Positions 28,948 through 37,845 of a DNA stretch of 64,000 bases are shown in pieces (position 1 is the stretch's first letter; each line of letters begins with the position of its first letter). Below the pieces are notes generated by a model. It searched no databases, had not been told where the DNA came from, and worked only from the letters and a program-made list of their open reading frames with translations. The DNA comes from Nitrospira sp. (GTDB taxonomy: Bacteria > Nitrospirota > Nitrospiria > Nitrospirales > Nitrospiraceae), in the NCBI GenBank assembly GCA_016873455.1, contig VGXE01000007.1:1281-65280 (forward strand). Direction: 5' to 3'. A program made the position numbers and the translations under genes.

Positions 28948-28971
28948 ACATATCCTGCTTCCACAGCCGAG

Positions 28972-29178
28972 TCAGCGAATGCGGTTCATCACCAACGCCA
29001 CACATCCAGCCAACAACCCTCCGCCGAATAGGGTCGTGCCGAAGTACACGAAGACGTTGGTGTCTCCAGCCGGCTGAGTCCCCTCCCACAAGTCCCGTAC
29101 TCCACCCTGGACCATCAAGACTGCGAGGGTCAGCAGCGAGCCCAGGACAAACCACCATGCAAAAGATCGGAACGCCAT
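28972..29178 (-). CDS. Small two-TM membrane protein
   Basis: 68 aa with two hydrophobic helices. First ORF behind the candidate promoter at 29257-29265. Confidence 0.45.
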   Translation of the reverse strand: MAFRSFAWWFVLGSLLTLAVLMVQGGVRDLWEGTQPAGDTNVFVYFGTTLFGGGLLAGCVALVMNRIR

Positions 29179-29233
29179 GACTGGCTCTACAAACCCGCTC
29201 GGACCGCCCTGTTGGCCACTCTAGCGAAGGGCC

Positions 29234-29303
29234 GACAGGCTGTCAAGAATGAGGCAATTATACCACCTGCCTGGCACCGGCTTTCATGATTCGACAGCCT
29301 GTC
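29234..29303 (-). promoter_or_regulatory. Candidate extended -10 promoter flanked by two copies of a 13-bp palindrome
   Basis: The minus strand reads TGGTATAAT (29265-29257). CGACAGGCTGTCA (29233-29245) and CGACAGCCTGTCA (29292-29304) differ only at the central base. Confidence 0.4.
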
Positions 29304-29314
29304 ACAGGCATGTT

Positions 29315-30505
29315 CTATTCCACCCCAGGTTTCTGGCCCTGTTTCAATCCGCGATGCAGGAAGATCGAGACGCTGCCGCTTCCATTGTCAGCAACCGCCA
29401 AGCCCGGCTCTTCCGTCCCGGTTGTGGTGGCCCGAAAAGATGAGAGCGCAAACGGACCCGCCTTGGTCCGGTAATTCCTGGGCGGATAATGAAACGTGCC
29501 GTCGCCCTTGCCGAACAAGATCGATAGGTCATTGGATTGAAGATTCACAATGGCGACGTCCATGAGACGGTCGCCATTGAAGTCCCGCGCGAGGCCGAAG
29601 TTGGGACCGGCATTGGCACCGGAGTCCTTGCCGGCATTGAATGTCGCATCACCGTTGCCGAGCAACGTCGTGAAACTGTCTCGCTCGCCGTTGATCACCA
29701 GCAAATCGCTGTGCCGATCGCTGTTGAAGTCCGAAAAACTAACACCCAGCGGCCGCTTCCCCGCCGAATAGTCCTTGGGGCGGCGAAACGTCCCGTCGCC
29801 ATTGCCCTGCCAAATCGACACCTTGTTCGACATAGGGCCCCCATTGGTCACGACGAGATCCAACTTCCCGTCTCCGTTTAAGTCGGACAAGGCCACGCAC
29901 GTCGGTGTATCGCCGTATTCGTACTGCGCCCCATGCCGGAACTCCCCGGTGCCGGTGCCGAGAAAGATCTTCACCTTGTCGTTCCGGAGTGCCACGACAA
30001 GATCCGGATGCCGATCGCCGTTCACATCATCGCTGGTCAGCGACACCGGCGTGCGAAAGACCGGATAATGCGGTCCTTCTTCGAACTTCCCATTACCGCG
30101 GCCGAGCAACACCGCGATCTCGTCCCCGCCGGAACAGGCCAGGGCCACATCGGCATGTTCGTCATGATTGAAGTCAGCCATCGCGAGCGCACGCGGCTCC
30201 TGACAGACCTGTAACTGCACATGATCTTGAAACGTCCCATCACCGTTGCCCAGCAAAATCGACAGCGTGTTGCTTGAAATATTGGTCGTGACCAGGTCGG
30301 TCAAAGAGTCGTGATTGAGATCGACCGCCGTGATGGTTGTGGGATTCTTGCCGACTTTGAAACTCGCAAAATAGTAGAAGGGGTCGGGGGGGGTGTACGG
30401 CTCCGTTTTCGCACAAGCAACAGTCCACCCGCACACCAGTCCGATGGCCAGCGCCGTGAACAACGAGCCGATGGTGGGGTTCTCTCTCCAATAGGACGCG
30501 TTCAC
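29315..30505 (-). CDS. FG-GAP/VCBS repeat lipoprotein
   Basis: About 7 repeats of the D.N.DG..D ... GNGDGTF type. GTG 30505 gives MNASYWRENPTIGSLFTALAIGLVCGWTVAC with a lipobox. The ORF-track start at 30682 adds a non-signal leader. Confidence 0.8.
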   Translation of the reverse strand: MNASYWRENPTIGSLFTALAIGLVCGWTVACAKTEPYTPPDPFYYFASFKVGKNPTTITAVDLNHDSLTDLVTTNISSNTLSILLGNGDGTFQDHVQLQVCQEPRALAMADFNHDEHADVALACSGGDEIAVLLGRGNGKFEEGPHYPVFRTPVSLTSDDVNGDRHPDLVVALRNDKVKIFLGTGTGEFRHGAQYEYGDTPTCVALSDLNGDGKLDLVVTNGGPMSNKVSIWQGNGDGTFRRPKDYSAGKRPLGVSFSDFNSDRHSDLLVINGERDSFTTLLGNGDATFNAGKDSGANAGPNFGLARDFNGDRLMDVAIVNLQSNDLSILFGKGDGTFHYPPRNYRTKAGPFALSSFRATTTGTEEPGLAVADNGSGSVSIFLHRGLKQGQKPGVE

Positions 30506-30681
30506 AATGCCTGTCGCGCTTCTGTGCTCTGAGGCACCGGGATATTTCCCAGTATGGGAAACCGGATGGCGCAGTATAAGGGCCTTCTTGCACCCTGGCA
30601 ATGGAAGAATCATGCAATCGGGCCTTTGAATTTCACGCACAGCCTGCGTTAGAATGCCGCTTCTTTGAGGAGGATGCCACA

Positions 30682-31005
30682 ATGAGCAAAATCGTGAACG
30701 TCGACATTACCATGTACGGAATCGCCGAGGTGCTCCACTGGTGCCATGACCGCAACAAGGGACGCGTCGGAGGCGTTGACACTGCCGGCTTTGAGAACAT
30801 GAAGGCGCTGCTGGCTGAGAAACCTCAGTCAGGGGATTACTTCACGCTGGACCAGTTCTGGAAGAAGAAGGTGACACTCAAGCTGACCGAAGAAGAAGTC
30901 GAGACCATCGACCGGTGCCTGTACGACATTCCAAATTTCGACAACGAGCCGCTGCCGCAAATCCGCCATAAATTCTGGCCGAAAGAAGAAGCAGCCGCCC
31001 ATTGA
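30682..31005 (+). CDS. Hypothetical protein (107 aa)
   Basis: GAGGAGGA lies 7 nt upstream of ATG 30682. Divergent from the FG-GAP gene. No family recognised. Confidence 0.45.
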   Translation: MSKIVNVDITMYGIAEVLHWCHDRNKGRVGGVDTAGFENMKALLAEKPQSGDYFTLDQFWKKKVTLKLTEEEVETIDRCLYDIPNFDNEPLPQIRHKFWPKEEAAAH

Positions 31006-31032
31006 CAGGGACGGTTGTCCCGCTAGGTGTGA

Positions 31033-31068
31033 GGTGAGGGCCCTTGAGGGTTAGAGTGGGCCTTCACC
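31033..31068. terminator. 11-bp hairpin between convergent genes
   Basis: GGTGAGGGCCC / GGGCCTTCACC (one G-U pair) with a 14-nt loop that contains the stop of the minus-strand gene. A second small hairpin, GGGAC-GGTT-GTCCC, lies at 31008-31021. Confidence 0.35.
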
Positions 31069-32070
31069 TTTAAGGTATTTCCGGAAGCGGTCCATCAGTT
31101 CGGCCCCCAGCGTTCCCCCCTCCGGCTTCTTGGTCGAGGGATCGGCAAAGTGGCCGCGGATTTCCTGGAGCCGTTTTTCCGCTTGGTCGTTTCCTTGCAG
31201 ACGTTTGGTTTTCTGCAGCGCGGCTTCAAACGCATCGAAGGTCAGTTCGCTGTATCCGAACGCCCGAATGCGTTTCACGGCCTTCATCATCGCCTGATTG
31301 CGAAACGTCGTCAGATGGTCCGAGTCGATCTCGGCTAATCCTAATTTCCTCGCCCGCCGCTCCGCCGCCTTGCGAATACCGCTGCGCACGAAATCCGGAG
31401 CGGTTTGCAGCCGTTTCCACGCCTCGTCGGTCCAAGCCATACGGTCTTGCGGGGTATCCCACAGCTGGGACAACCCCTGGGCATCGATCACGGCGAGGCC
31501 TCGCTCGTGCGCCAAATCCTCGGCGTCCCGCTTGAGCATGTCCGTCACAAATTCTGCGGCAATCGGAGGCGACTCTTTGACCTTCTCGTGCAACTGCACC
31601 AGCGCGTCCTCGGTCCATTCGATAGCGGGCCCCGGAGCGTCTTGCAGATCCCCGAGGGCTTCCACCTTCTCATACAACTCGACGTTCACTTCCAGGTGCC
31701 CACGCTCCCTGGCAATCTCCTCGGCAATTTGCTGAATCATGTGACGCATGAACTCGGGCACGTTGGACAATCGTTCCCTGGCGGCGGCTGTCCACGGCAG
31801 ACGTCCCTCCGCCATCGCCTCGGCAGCCGTGGCCAGCCCGGATTCTCCGCCCATACTGCCCATCATCTGGCCCTTGAAGCGATCCAGCACATCTTCGGTA
31901 ATTTCCGCAATGCCCAGCTCGCGGGCCTTTTTCTCAGCCACACGGCGAACCATCCCACGCAGGAAGATTGGCGCGCGGTCCATGCGTGTCAATGCGCCGG
32001 GCGTCCAGCGAACTTCCGTGGCATTCGATTCCGATGAATCTGAGGTAGACACGTCTATTCCTCTCGTCAA
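31051..32070 (-). CDS. Protein with four tandem PCP_red-like (protochlorophyllide reductase subunit B C-terminal type) repeats
   Basis: Four units of the pattern W[TS]x[EDG]A...L...P.F[VLM]R....R...E..AR..G...I. Examples: VRWTPGALTRMDRAPIFLRGMVRRVAEKKARELGIAEIT and MAWTDEAWKRLQTAPDFVRSGIRKAAERRARKLGLAEID. Confidence 0.7.
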   Translation of the reverse strand: MTRGIDVSTSDSSESNATEVRWTPGALTRMDRAPIFLRGMVRRVAEKKARELGIAEITEDVLDRFKGQMMGSMGGESGLATAAEAMAEGRLPWTAAARERLSNVPEFMRHMIQQIAEEIARERGHLEVNVELYEKVEALGDLQDAPGPAIEWTEDALVQLHEKVKESPPIAAEFVTDMLKRDAEDLAHERGLAVIDAQGLSQLWDTPQDRMAWTDEAWKRLQTAPDFVRSGIRKAAERRARKLGLAEIDSDHLTTFRNQAMMKAVKRIRAFGYSELTFDAFEAALQKTKRLQGNDQAEKRLQEIRGHFADPSTKKPEGGTLGAELMDRFRKYLKGEGPL

Positions 32071-32071
32071 C

Positions 32072-32350
32072 CTATTGGTTCAACAGCTCTTTGAGTTCCT
32101 TGCCGGCCTTAAAGAACGGCACCCGTTTGGCCGGCACGGCCACAGTGGCGCCGGTTTTCGGATTACGCCCTTCCTTCATACGGCGTGCCCGCAGACGAAA
32201 ACTGCCAAAGCCGCGAATCTCGGTCTTGTCCCCGTTTTTCAGCGAATCCCTGACACAATCGAATATGGTGTTGACGACAACCTCCGCCTGCCGCTTTGTC
32301 AAGGTTGTGACTTGCTCGGACACCCGTTCGATGATCTGCGCTTTCGTCAT
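32072..32350 (-). CDS. ihfB: Integration host factor subunit beta (HU/IHF family)
   Basis: GFGSFRLRARRMKEGRNPKTG arm motif. Position downstream of rpsA, as in the cmk-rpsA-ihfB arrangement. Confidence 0.85.
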   Translation of the reverse strand: MTKAQIIERVSEQVTTLTKRQAEVVVNTIFDCVRDSLKNGDKTEIRGFGSFRLRARRMKEGRNPKTGATVAVPAKRVPFFKAGKELKELLNQ

Positions 32351-32401
32351 GTGCCTCTCCCTTCGCTCAGCCGATTAGGCGGATCTGTTCCTTGCAGACG
32401 G

Positions 32402-33304
32402 CTAAAACGCCATCAGGTATTTCATGCTGACGCCCGGGTGAAAATCCAATTTGGGGAACACCCCTGCGAACTTGGATTCGAGCAATTCACGGATGGAAAA
32501 CCGCCGCTTGGGCTCGACCACTTTCGGTTCACCCTCAATACCGGCGGTGTCCGCGGCCAATTGAATGGCATCCTCGAGATCGCCCAACTCATCGACCAGC
32601 TTGGCTTCTTTCGCCTGACGGCCGGTAAAAATCCGTCCGTCCGCCAATGCCTGAGCCGCAGGCAATTCCAGCTCGCGCCCTTCTGCCACCGCTTCAATAA
32701 ACTGTTGGTGTACGTCGTCCATCACCGCCTGCAAGAGTCCCCGTTCTTCCTCGCTCATCTTCCGAAGGGGAGAGCCGACATCCTTATATTTACCACTCTT
32801 GATGACTACCCCTTCCACTCCGATCTTTTCCAGCAATCCCTCAACATTCGCCGTTTCCATAATGACGCCGATGCTGCCGGTCAATGTGCCGGGGTTCGCG
32901 ACGATTCGGTCGGTGGCCGCCGCGATATAATAGCCGCCGGATGCCGCCACGCTGCCCATCGACGCAATGACCGTCTTGTTATTCTTGGCACGAACCCGCT
33001 TGACCTCGTCATAGATTTCTTGGGATGGGACGACCCCTCCGCCAGGACTGTCGATACGCAAGACAATCGCTTTGACGGCCGGATTTTGGCTGAAGCGTCT
33101 CAGGTCCTCGACGGTCTGCTGCGAGTCCATGATGACCCCTTCAACGCGAACTAATGCAATCCGATCCCCGCTCGACATGTCGAGATCGGGAAAGAGAACG
33201 TTCAGGAATATCAGCGACCCGAAGCCCGCCGCCAGCACCCAGAAGAGAGTGCGCAGCGGCCGGCGCTTCTGTGGGCGATCCACTTGTACCGCCTCCTCAA
33301 CCAT
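32402..33304 (-). CDS. sppA: Signal peptide peptidase SppA, 36K type (S49)
   Basis: N-terminal TM, MGSVAASGGYYIAAA serine motif, S49 length. Confidence 0.88.
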   Translation of the reverse strand: MVEEAVQVDRPQKRRPLRTLFWVLAAGFGSLIFLNVLFPDLDMSSGDRIALVRVEGVIMDSQQTVEDLRRFSQNPAVKAIVLRIDSPGGGVVPSQEIYDEVKRVRAKNNKTVIASMGSVAASGGYYIAAATDRIVANPGTLTGSIGVIMETANVEGLLEKIGVEGVVIKSGKYKDVGSPLRKMSEEERGLLQAVMDDVHQQFIEAVAEGRELELPAAQALADGRIFTGRQAKEAKLVDELGDLEDAIQLAADTAGIEGEPKVVEPKRRFSIRELLESKFAGVFPKLDFHPGVSMKYLMAF

Positions 33305-33344
33305 GAGTCGTCACCTACATCGCGACCAACGGCACCCTACCACC

Positions 33345-35054
33345 CTAATCGTCCGCTTGCTGCCGTTTCCGACTCTGCTTGGCCGCGCGGCCGAGACTTT
33401 GATCCGGCGCCCCCTGGGTGGAATGATATTCATCGACCTGCCGGCGCTCGGAGTCCAGCTGATGATCGCGCAAGCTCAGCGCGATCTTGCGCTCTTCCCG
33501 ATCGACCTTGATGATCTTGGCGGCGATCGCATCTTGCAGCTTGAACTTCTCTTCGAGCTTCATCTGTGGTTCGACACCAGTTTCGCTGATGTGAATTAAC
33601 CCTTCGACACCGCCGTCCAACTCGACGAAGATCCCGAAATCGGCCACCTTGCTGACTTTCCCGGTCACCGGGTCCCCCACGTGGTACCGGGACGGAATCG
33701 CGTCATCCCATGGATCGCGCGACAGCTGCTTGAACCCCAGCGACAGCCGTTCCTTCTCCTTATCGATGCGCAGGACGATCGCTTCCACTTTCTGCGCTTT
33801 CTTGAAGAGCTCCGAGGGATGCTTGATGTGCTTCGTCCAGGACATATCGGAGATGTGGATAAGCCCATCGATCCCTTCTTCAAGGCCAATGAAAGCACCA
33901 AAATCAGTCAGGCTTTTCACCTTCCCTTCGATGCGAGTCCCAACTGAATACTTGTTCTCAATCATATCCCAAGGATTCGGCGCTGTTTGCTTCATCCCCA
34001 GCGAAATCTTTCGGCTCGCCGGATCGACGTTCAAGACTGCAGCCTCCACCTGATCGCCAACCGCCACCACGCGTGACGGATGCCGAACTTCATGAGTCCA
34101 GGACATTTCCGAGACATGCACGAGCCCTTCGACCCCAGGCTCCAACTCGATGAACGCGCCATAGTCCGTGAGGCTCACGACCCGCCCACGCACACGGGTG
34201 CCGACAGGGTACTTGCCAGCTACATTGGTCCAAGGATCCGCCGACTTCTGCTTGAGTCCCAGGGAGATGCGGCCCGTCTCACGATCGTATTTCAACACCG
34301 TCACTTCGACCTTGTCGCCTATGGTAAACATCTCGGACGGATGATTCACGCGGCCCCACGACATGTCGGTGATGTGCAACAACCCGTCGATCCCGCCGAG
34401 ATCGATGAAGGACCCGTAATCGGTGATGTTTTTGACCGTCCCTTGGATCAGCTGTCCTTCCTTGAGCATGGCCATGGTCGTTTGCCGCTTCTTGTCTCTG
34501 GTTTCTTCCAATAGCACGCGGCGGGACACCACCACGTTGCCACGGCGGTGATTGATCTTGATGATCTTGAGCGGGAAGGTCTTCCCCACCAGGCCGTCGA
34601 GGTCACGCACGGGATGGAGATCAATCTGCGACCCGGGCAAAAACGCCTTGACGCCGATATCCACCATCATGCCACCTTTGATACGCGAGACAATCTTGCC
34701 CTCGATGCTCTTCTCGTCTTTATAGAGCTTTTCCAGCTCCTCCCAAATCTTCATTTTGTCGGCTTTCTCTTTGGACAACACGAGATTGCCGTCTGCGTCT
34801 TCGCATTCTTCGATGTAGACCTGGAGTCGGTCGCCGACCTTCACATTTTGCAGTTCCTCGGACGAGAACTGGTCGATGGGGATCATCCCCTCCGATTTGT
34901 AGCCGATATCGACAATGACCTTGTCCTTAGTGAGCGCCACCACGTGGCCTTCGGTGATCGTGCCCTCTTCCAAATTGCGGAAGGTTTCTTCGTACAACGC
35001 GGCCAGCGCGTCGCGGTCTAACTGTGCCTCACTGCTGTTGAATACCGTACCCAT
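33345..35054 (-). CDS. rpsA: 30S ribosomal protein S1
   Basis: Six S1 OB-fold repeats (G.V..ITDFGAF[IV].L..G[IV][DE]GL[IV]H[IV]S[DE]). Confidence 0.96.
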   Translation of the reverse strand: MGTVFNSSEAQLDRDALAALYEETFRNLEEGTITEGHVVALTKDKVIVDIGYKSEGMIPIDQFSSEELQNVKVGDRLQVYIEECEDADGNLVLSKEKADKMKIWEELEKLYKDEKSIEGKIVSRIKGGMMVDIGVKAFLPGSQIDLHPVRDLDGLVGKTFPLKIIKINHRRGNVVVSRRVLLEETRDKKRQTTMAMLKEGQLIQGTVKNITDYGSFIDLGGIDGLLHITDMSWGRVNHPSEMFTIGDKVEVTVLKYDRETGRISLGLKQKSADPWTNVAGKYPVGTRVRGRVVSLTDYGAFIELEPGVEGLVHVSEMSWTHEVRHPSRVVAVGDQVEAAVLNVDPASRKISLGMKQTAPNPWDMIENKYSVGTRIEGKVKSLTDFGAFIGLEEGIDGLIHISDMSWTKHIKHPSELFKKAQKVEAIVLRIDKEKERLSLGFKQLSRDPWDDAIPSRYHVGDPVTGKVSKVADFGIFVELDGGVEGLIHISETGVEPQMKLEEKFKLQDAIAAKIIKVDREERKIALSLRDHQLDSERRQVDEYHSTQGAPDQSLGRAAKQSRKRQQADD

Positions 35055-35111
35055 GTGGACGTCCTACTCTTCCGACTGTTGTCGGGTGCTGATGGTGAAA
35101 TTACACCGAGC

Positions 35112-35804
35112 TCACTCAGCGTTGCGAGCCTCGGCAATCGGCCCATCCGGTGATCCGGGTGTCTGGCCGTCCTTCTCAAAGGGAGAAGGGACGTGGCCCA
35201 GCCCCGCGATCCGTTCAATCACCGTTCGGCTGACCTGTTCATAAAACCGTTTCGTCTCTGCTCTTTCTTGCCGCTCTCCTGTCTCAAACGTGATTGGCTT
35301 CCCGAAATGCACTGTCACTTGCCGCCATCGAGGCCACCGGGCGCCGGTCGGCAGGACATCGAAGGTCCCTTTCAGGTAAGCGGGGACCACGGGGCAACCA
35401 GTCTGGGAGACGATGACGCCAATGCCTGCCTTTGGCGTTCGCAACTGTCCATCACGGCTCCGTCCGCCTTCCGGAAAGATGACGACCACCTCCCCGGCTC
35501 GAATCAAACTGATAGCTCTGCCAAAAGCTTCCCGGTCCAACCGGCCCATTCGCACGGGAATCCATCCCAGCGATTGAAGCACGTCGTTCACAACCGGAAC
35601 GGGAAACAGATCGCTGCGACCGAGATACCAGGCCCTCCGTTTCATTCCGCAGCCAAGCATCGGGATGTCGAGATAGCTCGCATGATTCGCGGCAACCAGG
35701 ATTCCTCCCGTCGGAGGAACCTGCCCCTCGACCCGATAGCGGAAACAGAGCGCGCCGACCGCCCTCGCTAGCACCCACAGAATGCCGTACGCGACCTTCG
35801 TCAC
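35112..35804 (-). CDS. plsC: 1-acyl-sn-glycerol-3-phosphate acyltransferase
   Basis: NHASYLD (HxxxxD) and FPEGGRS acyltransferase boxes. Confidence 0.85.
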   Translation of the reverse strand: MTKVAYGILWVLARAVGALCFRYRVEGQVPPTGGILVAANHASYLDIPMLGCGMKRRAWYLGRSDLFPVPVVNDVLQSLGWIPVRMGRLDREAFGRAISLIRAGEVVVIFPEGGRSRDGQLRTPKAGIGVIVSQTGCPVVPAYLKGTFDVLPTGARWPRWRQVTVHFGKPITFETGERQERAETKRFYEQVSRTVIERIAGLGHVPSPFEKDGQTPGSPDGPIAEARNAE

Positions 35805-36481
35805 AACGCGGCCGATACCACCGCCATCATTTGCGCGACCACTTGCTCCACATCGAGGGTCGAGGTATCGATGGGCCGCGCATCGACGGCGGGAACCAGC
35901 GGTGCCACGGAACGGTTTCGATCCCGCAGATCTCGACCCAACAGATTCTGATAGGTCGTCTCGACCGTCTCTCGATGGCCGGCGGCCACCAACTCACGGT
36001 GCCGCCGCTCCGCCCGCACCGTCGCGTCTGCGTTCAGAAAAAACTTGAGCGGCGCAAAGGGAAAGACCGTGGTGCCGATATCGCGTCCTTCCGCAACAAC
36101 CGATCCCTGCTGCCCGATCTGGCGCTGGATGGGAAGCAGCCACGCTCGGACCATCGGGATAGCGGACACGATGGAGGCGGCACTCGTCACCTCAGGCTTG
36201 CGGAGTTCACCGGTGATGTCGTGCCCGTCGACCGACACTTGCATAGAGCCATTCTGAAACTGCATGTTGACCGACATGGCTTCCAAGAGATTGGCGACCC
36301 GCGCATGATCTGCTAGCTCCACCCCTTCATGTAACACTTTCCAGGCAATAGCCCGATAGAGCGCTCCTGTATCCAGATACAGATACCCCAGGCGAGCCGC
36401 CAACAATTTCGCCACGGTGCTTTTGCCGACTCCGGCCGGTCCATCAATCGCGATAATCACGCTCGATCGGTTCCTTTCCAT
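35801..36481 (-). CDS. cmk: Cytidylate kinase
   Basis: IAIDGPAGVGKST P-loop, LDTGALYRA, GRDIGT motifs. Confidence 0.93.
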   Translation of the reverse strand: MERNRSSVIIAIDGPAGVGKSTVAKLLAARLGYLYLDTGALYRAIAWKVLHEGVELADHARVANLLEAMSVNMQFQNGSMQVSVDGHDITGELRKPEVTSAASIVSAIPMVRAWLLPIQRQIGQQGSVVAEGRDIGTTVFPFAPLKFFLNADATVRAERRHRELVAAGHRETVETTYQNLLGRDLRDRNRSVAPLVPAVDARPIDTSTLDVEQVVAQMMAVVSAAL

Positions 36482-36521
36482 CCCCTCAGAAGCTACGCCG
36501 CGCGTATTATAGTCCTCTCGC

Positions 36522-37841
36522 CTAGTGCGTCAACAATTGGGAGAGCGTTGGCTCAAAATTTGGGAACGACGTCTCGATGCACCCACTGTCGGCAATCGTC
36601 ATGCGCCGGTCCGCCGTAAGCCCGCCGATCGCCAGCGCCATGGCCACCCGATGGTCGCCATGGCTCGTGGCCCCGGACACCGCGCGCAGGCGGCCGTTCT
36701 CTCCGCCTCGCCCTAGTCCTTGAATGACCATGCCGTCCGGCCGTTCGGTGATCAGCGCCCCCATTGCCTGCAGCTCTTGGCTCATGGTGGCGATACGGTC
36801 GCTTTCTTTCACCCGGAGCTCCTCGGCACCGGAAATCACGGTATCGCCCTCCGCCACGGCCGCAGCCACGCAGAGGATGGGAAATTCGTCGATGGTCTGT
36901 GGAATGAGATCGGGACCGATCGTCACCCCCTTGAGCAACGCAGACTTCACCCGGAGATCGGCCACCGGCTCGCCTGCCTCTTCACGTTGGGCCAGGACCT
37001 GAATGTCGGCCCCCATCTTCTTCATCACCTCGATCAACCCGGTTCTGGTCGGATTCAGCCCAACGTTTCGGATGGTCACGTCCGAGCCGGGAATAATCGT
37101 CGCACCCACGAGAAAAAACGCGGCCGCCGAGAAATCGCCGGGAATGACGACGCGACGGCCCGCCCATCTCACCGTTGTCCGCCCCTGCAGAACCAAATCG
37201 CTGCCGTCTTTGGTCAGCGGAATACCGAAAAATCGGAACATCCGCTCAGTGTGATCGCGAGAAAGACGCGGCTCTCCAAACCTGGTGACGCCCTCGGCAA
37301 ACAAGCCGGCCAGCAGCAGCGAGGATTTCACCTGCGCACTGGCGACCGGCGAACGGTACTCCACCCCATGGAGCCGCTTGCCGGTGATGGCCAACGGAGC
37401 CAGTTCGCCCCCCTTCCGCCCCGCGATCACGGCACCCATCTCGCGCAACGGCTTGACCACACGCCCCATGGGACGCCGACGAATCGATTCGTCTCCGGTG
37501 AGCACGGTAAAGAAATCCTGGCCGGCCAACACTCCGGCCAGCAAGCGGATACCCGTCCCGGAATTCCCACAATCGATCGGCCCATTCGGCTCACTCAACC
37601 CCCAAAACCCTTTGCCGTGAACAGTCAACCGCTCAGGCATCTCGTCGATCTTGATGCCGAGCGTCTGAAAGGCGCGCATCGTGTTCAGGCAGTCTTCCCC
37701 CCGGCAATAGTCGGACACGGTACTCGTGCCTTCCGCTAGAGCCGTGAGGATGAGGGCACGATGGGTGACAGACTTATCACCTGGAACCGTCATCGTTCCC
37801 TTGAGCGGCCGGCCCGGCGTGGTGGTTAATGACGTCTTCAT
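36522..37841 (-). CDS. aroA: 3-phosphoshikimate 1-carboxyvinyltransferase (EPSP synthase)
   Basis: VPGDKSVTHRAL, NSGTGIRLL, RVKESDR and DHRVAMA signatures. Confidence 0.95.
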   Translation of the reverse strand: MKTSLTTTPGRPLKGTMTVPGDKSVTHRALILTALAEGTSTVSDYCRGEDCLNTMRAFQTLGIKIDEMPERLTVHGKGFWGLSEPNGPIDCGNSGTGIRLLAGVLAGQDFFTVLTGDESIRRRPMGRVVKPLREMGAVIAGRKGGELAPLAITGKRLHGVEYRSPVASAQVKSSLLLAGLFAEGVTRFGEPRLSRDHTERMFRFFGIPLTKDGSDLVLQGRTTVRWAGRRVVIPGDFSAAAFFLVGATIIPGSDVTIRNVGLNPTRTGLIEVMKKMGADIQVLAQREEAGEPVADLRVKSALLKGVTIGPDLIPQTIDEFPILCVAAAVAEGDTVISGAEELRVKESDRIATMSQELQAMGALITERPDGMVIQGLGRGGENGRLRAVSGATSHGDHRVAMALAIGGLTADRRMTIADSGCIETSFPNFEPTLSQLLTH

Positions 37842-37845
37842 ACGG

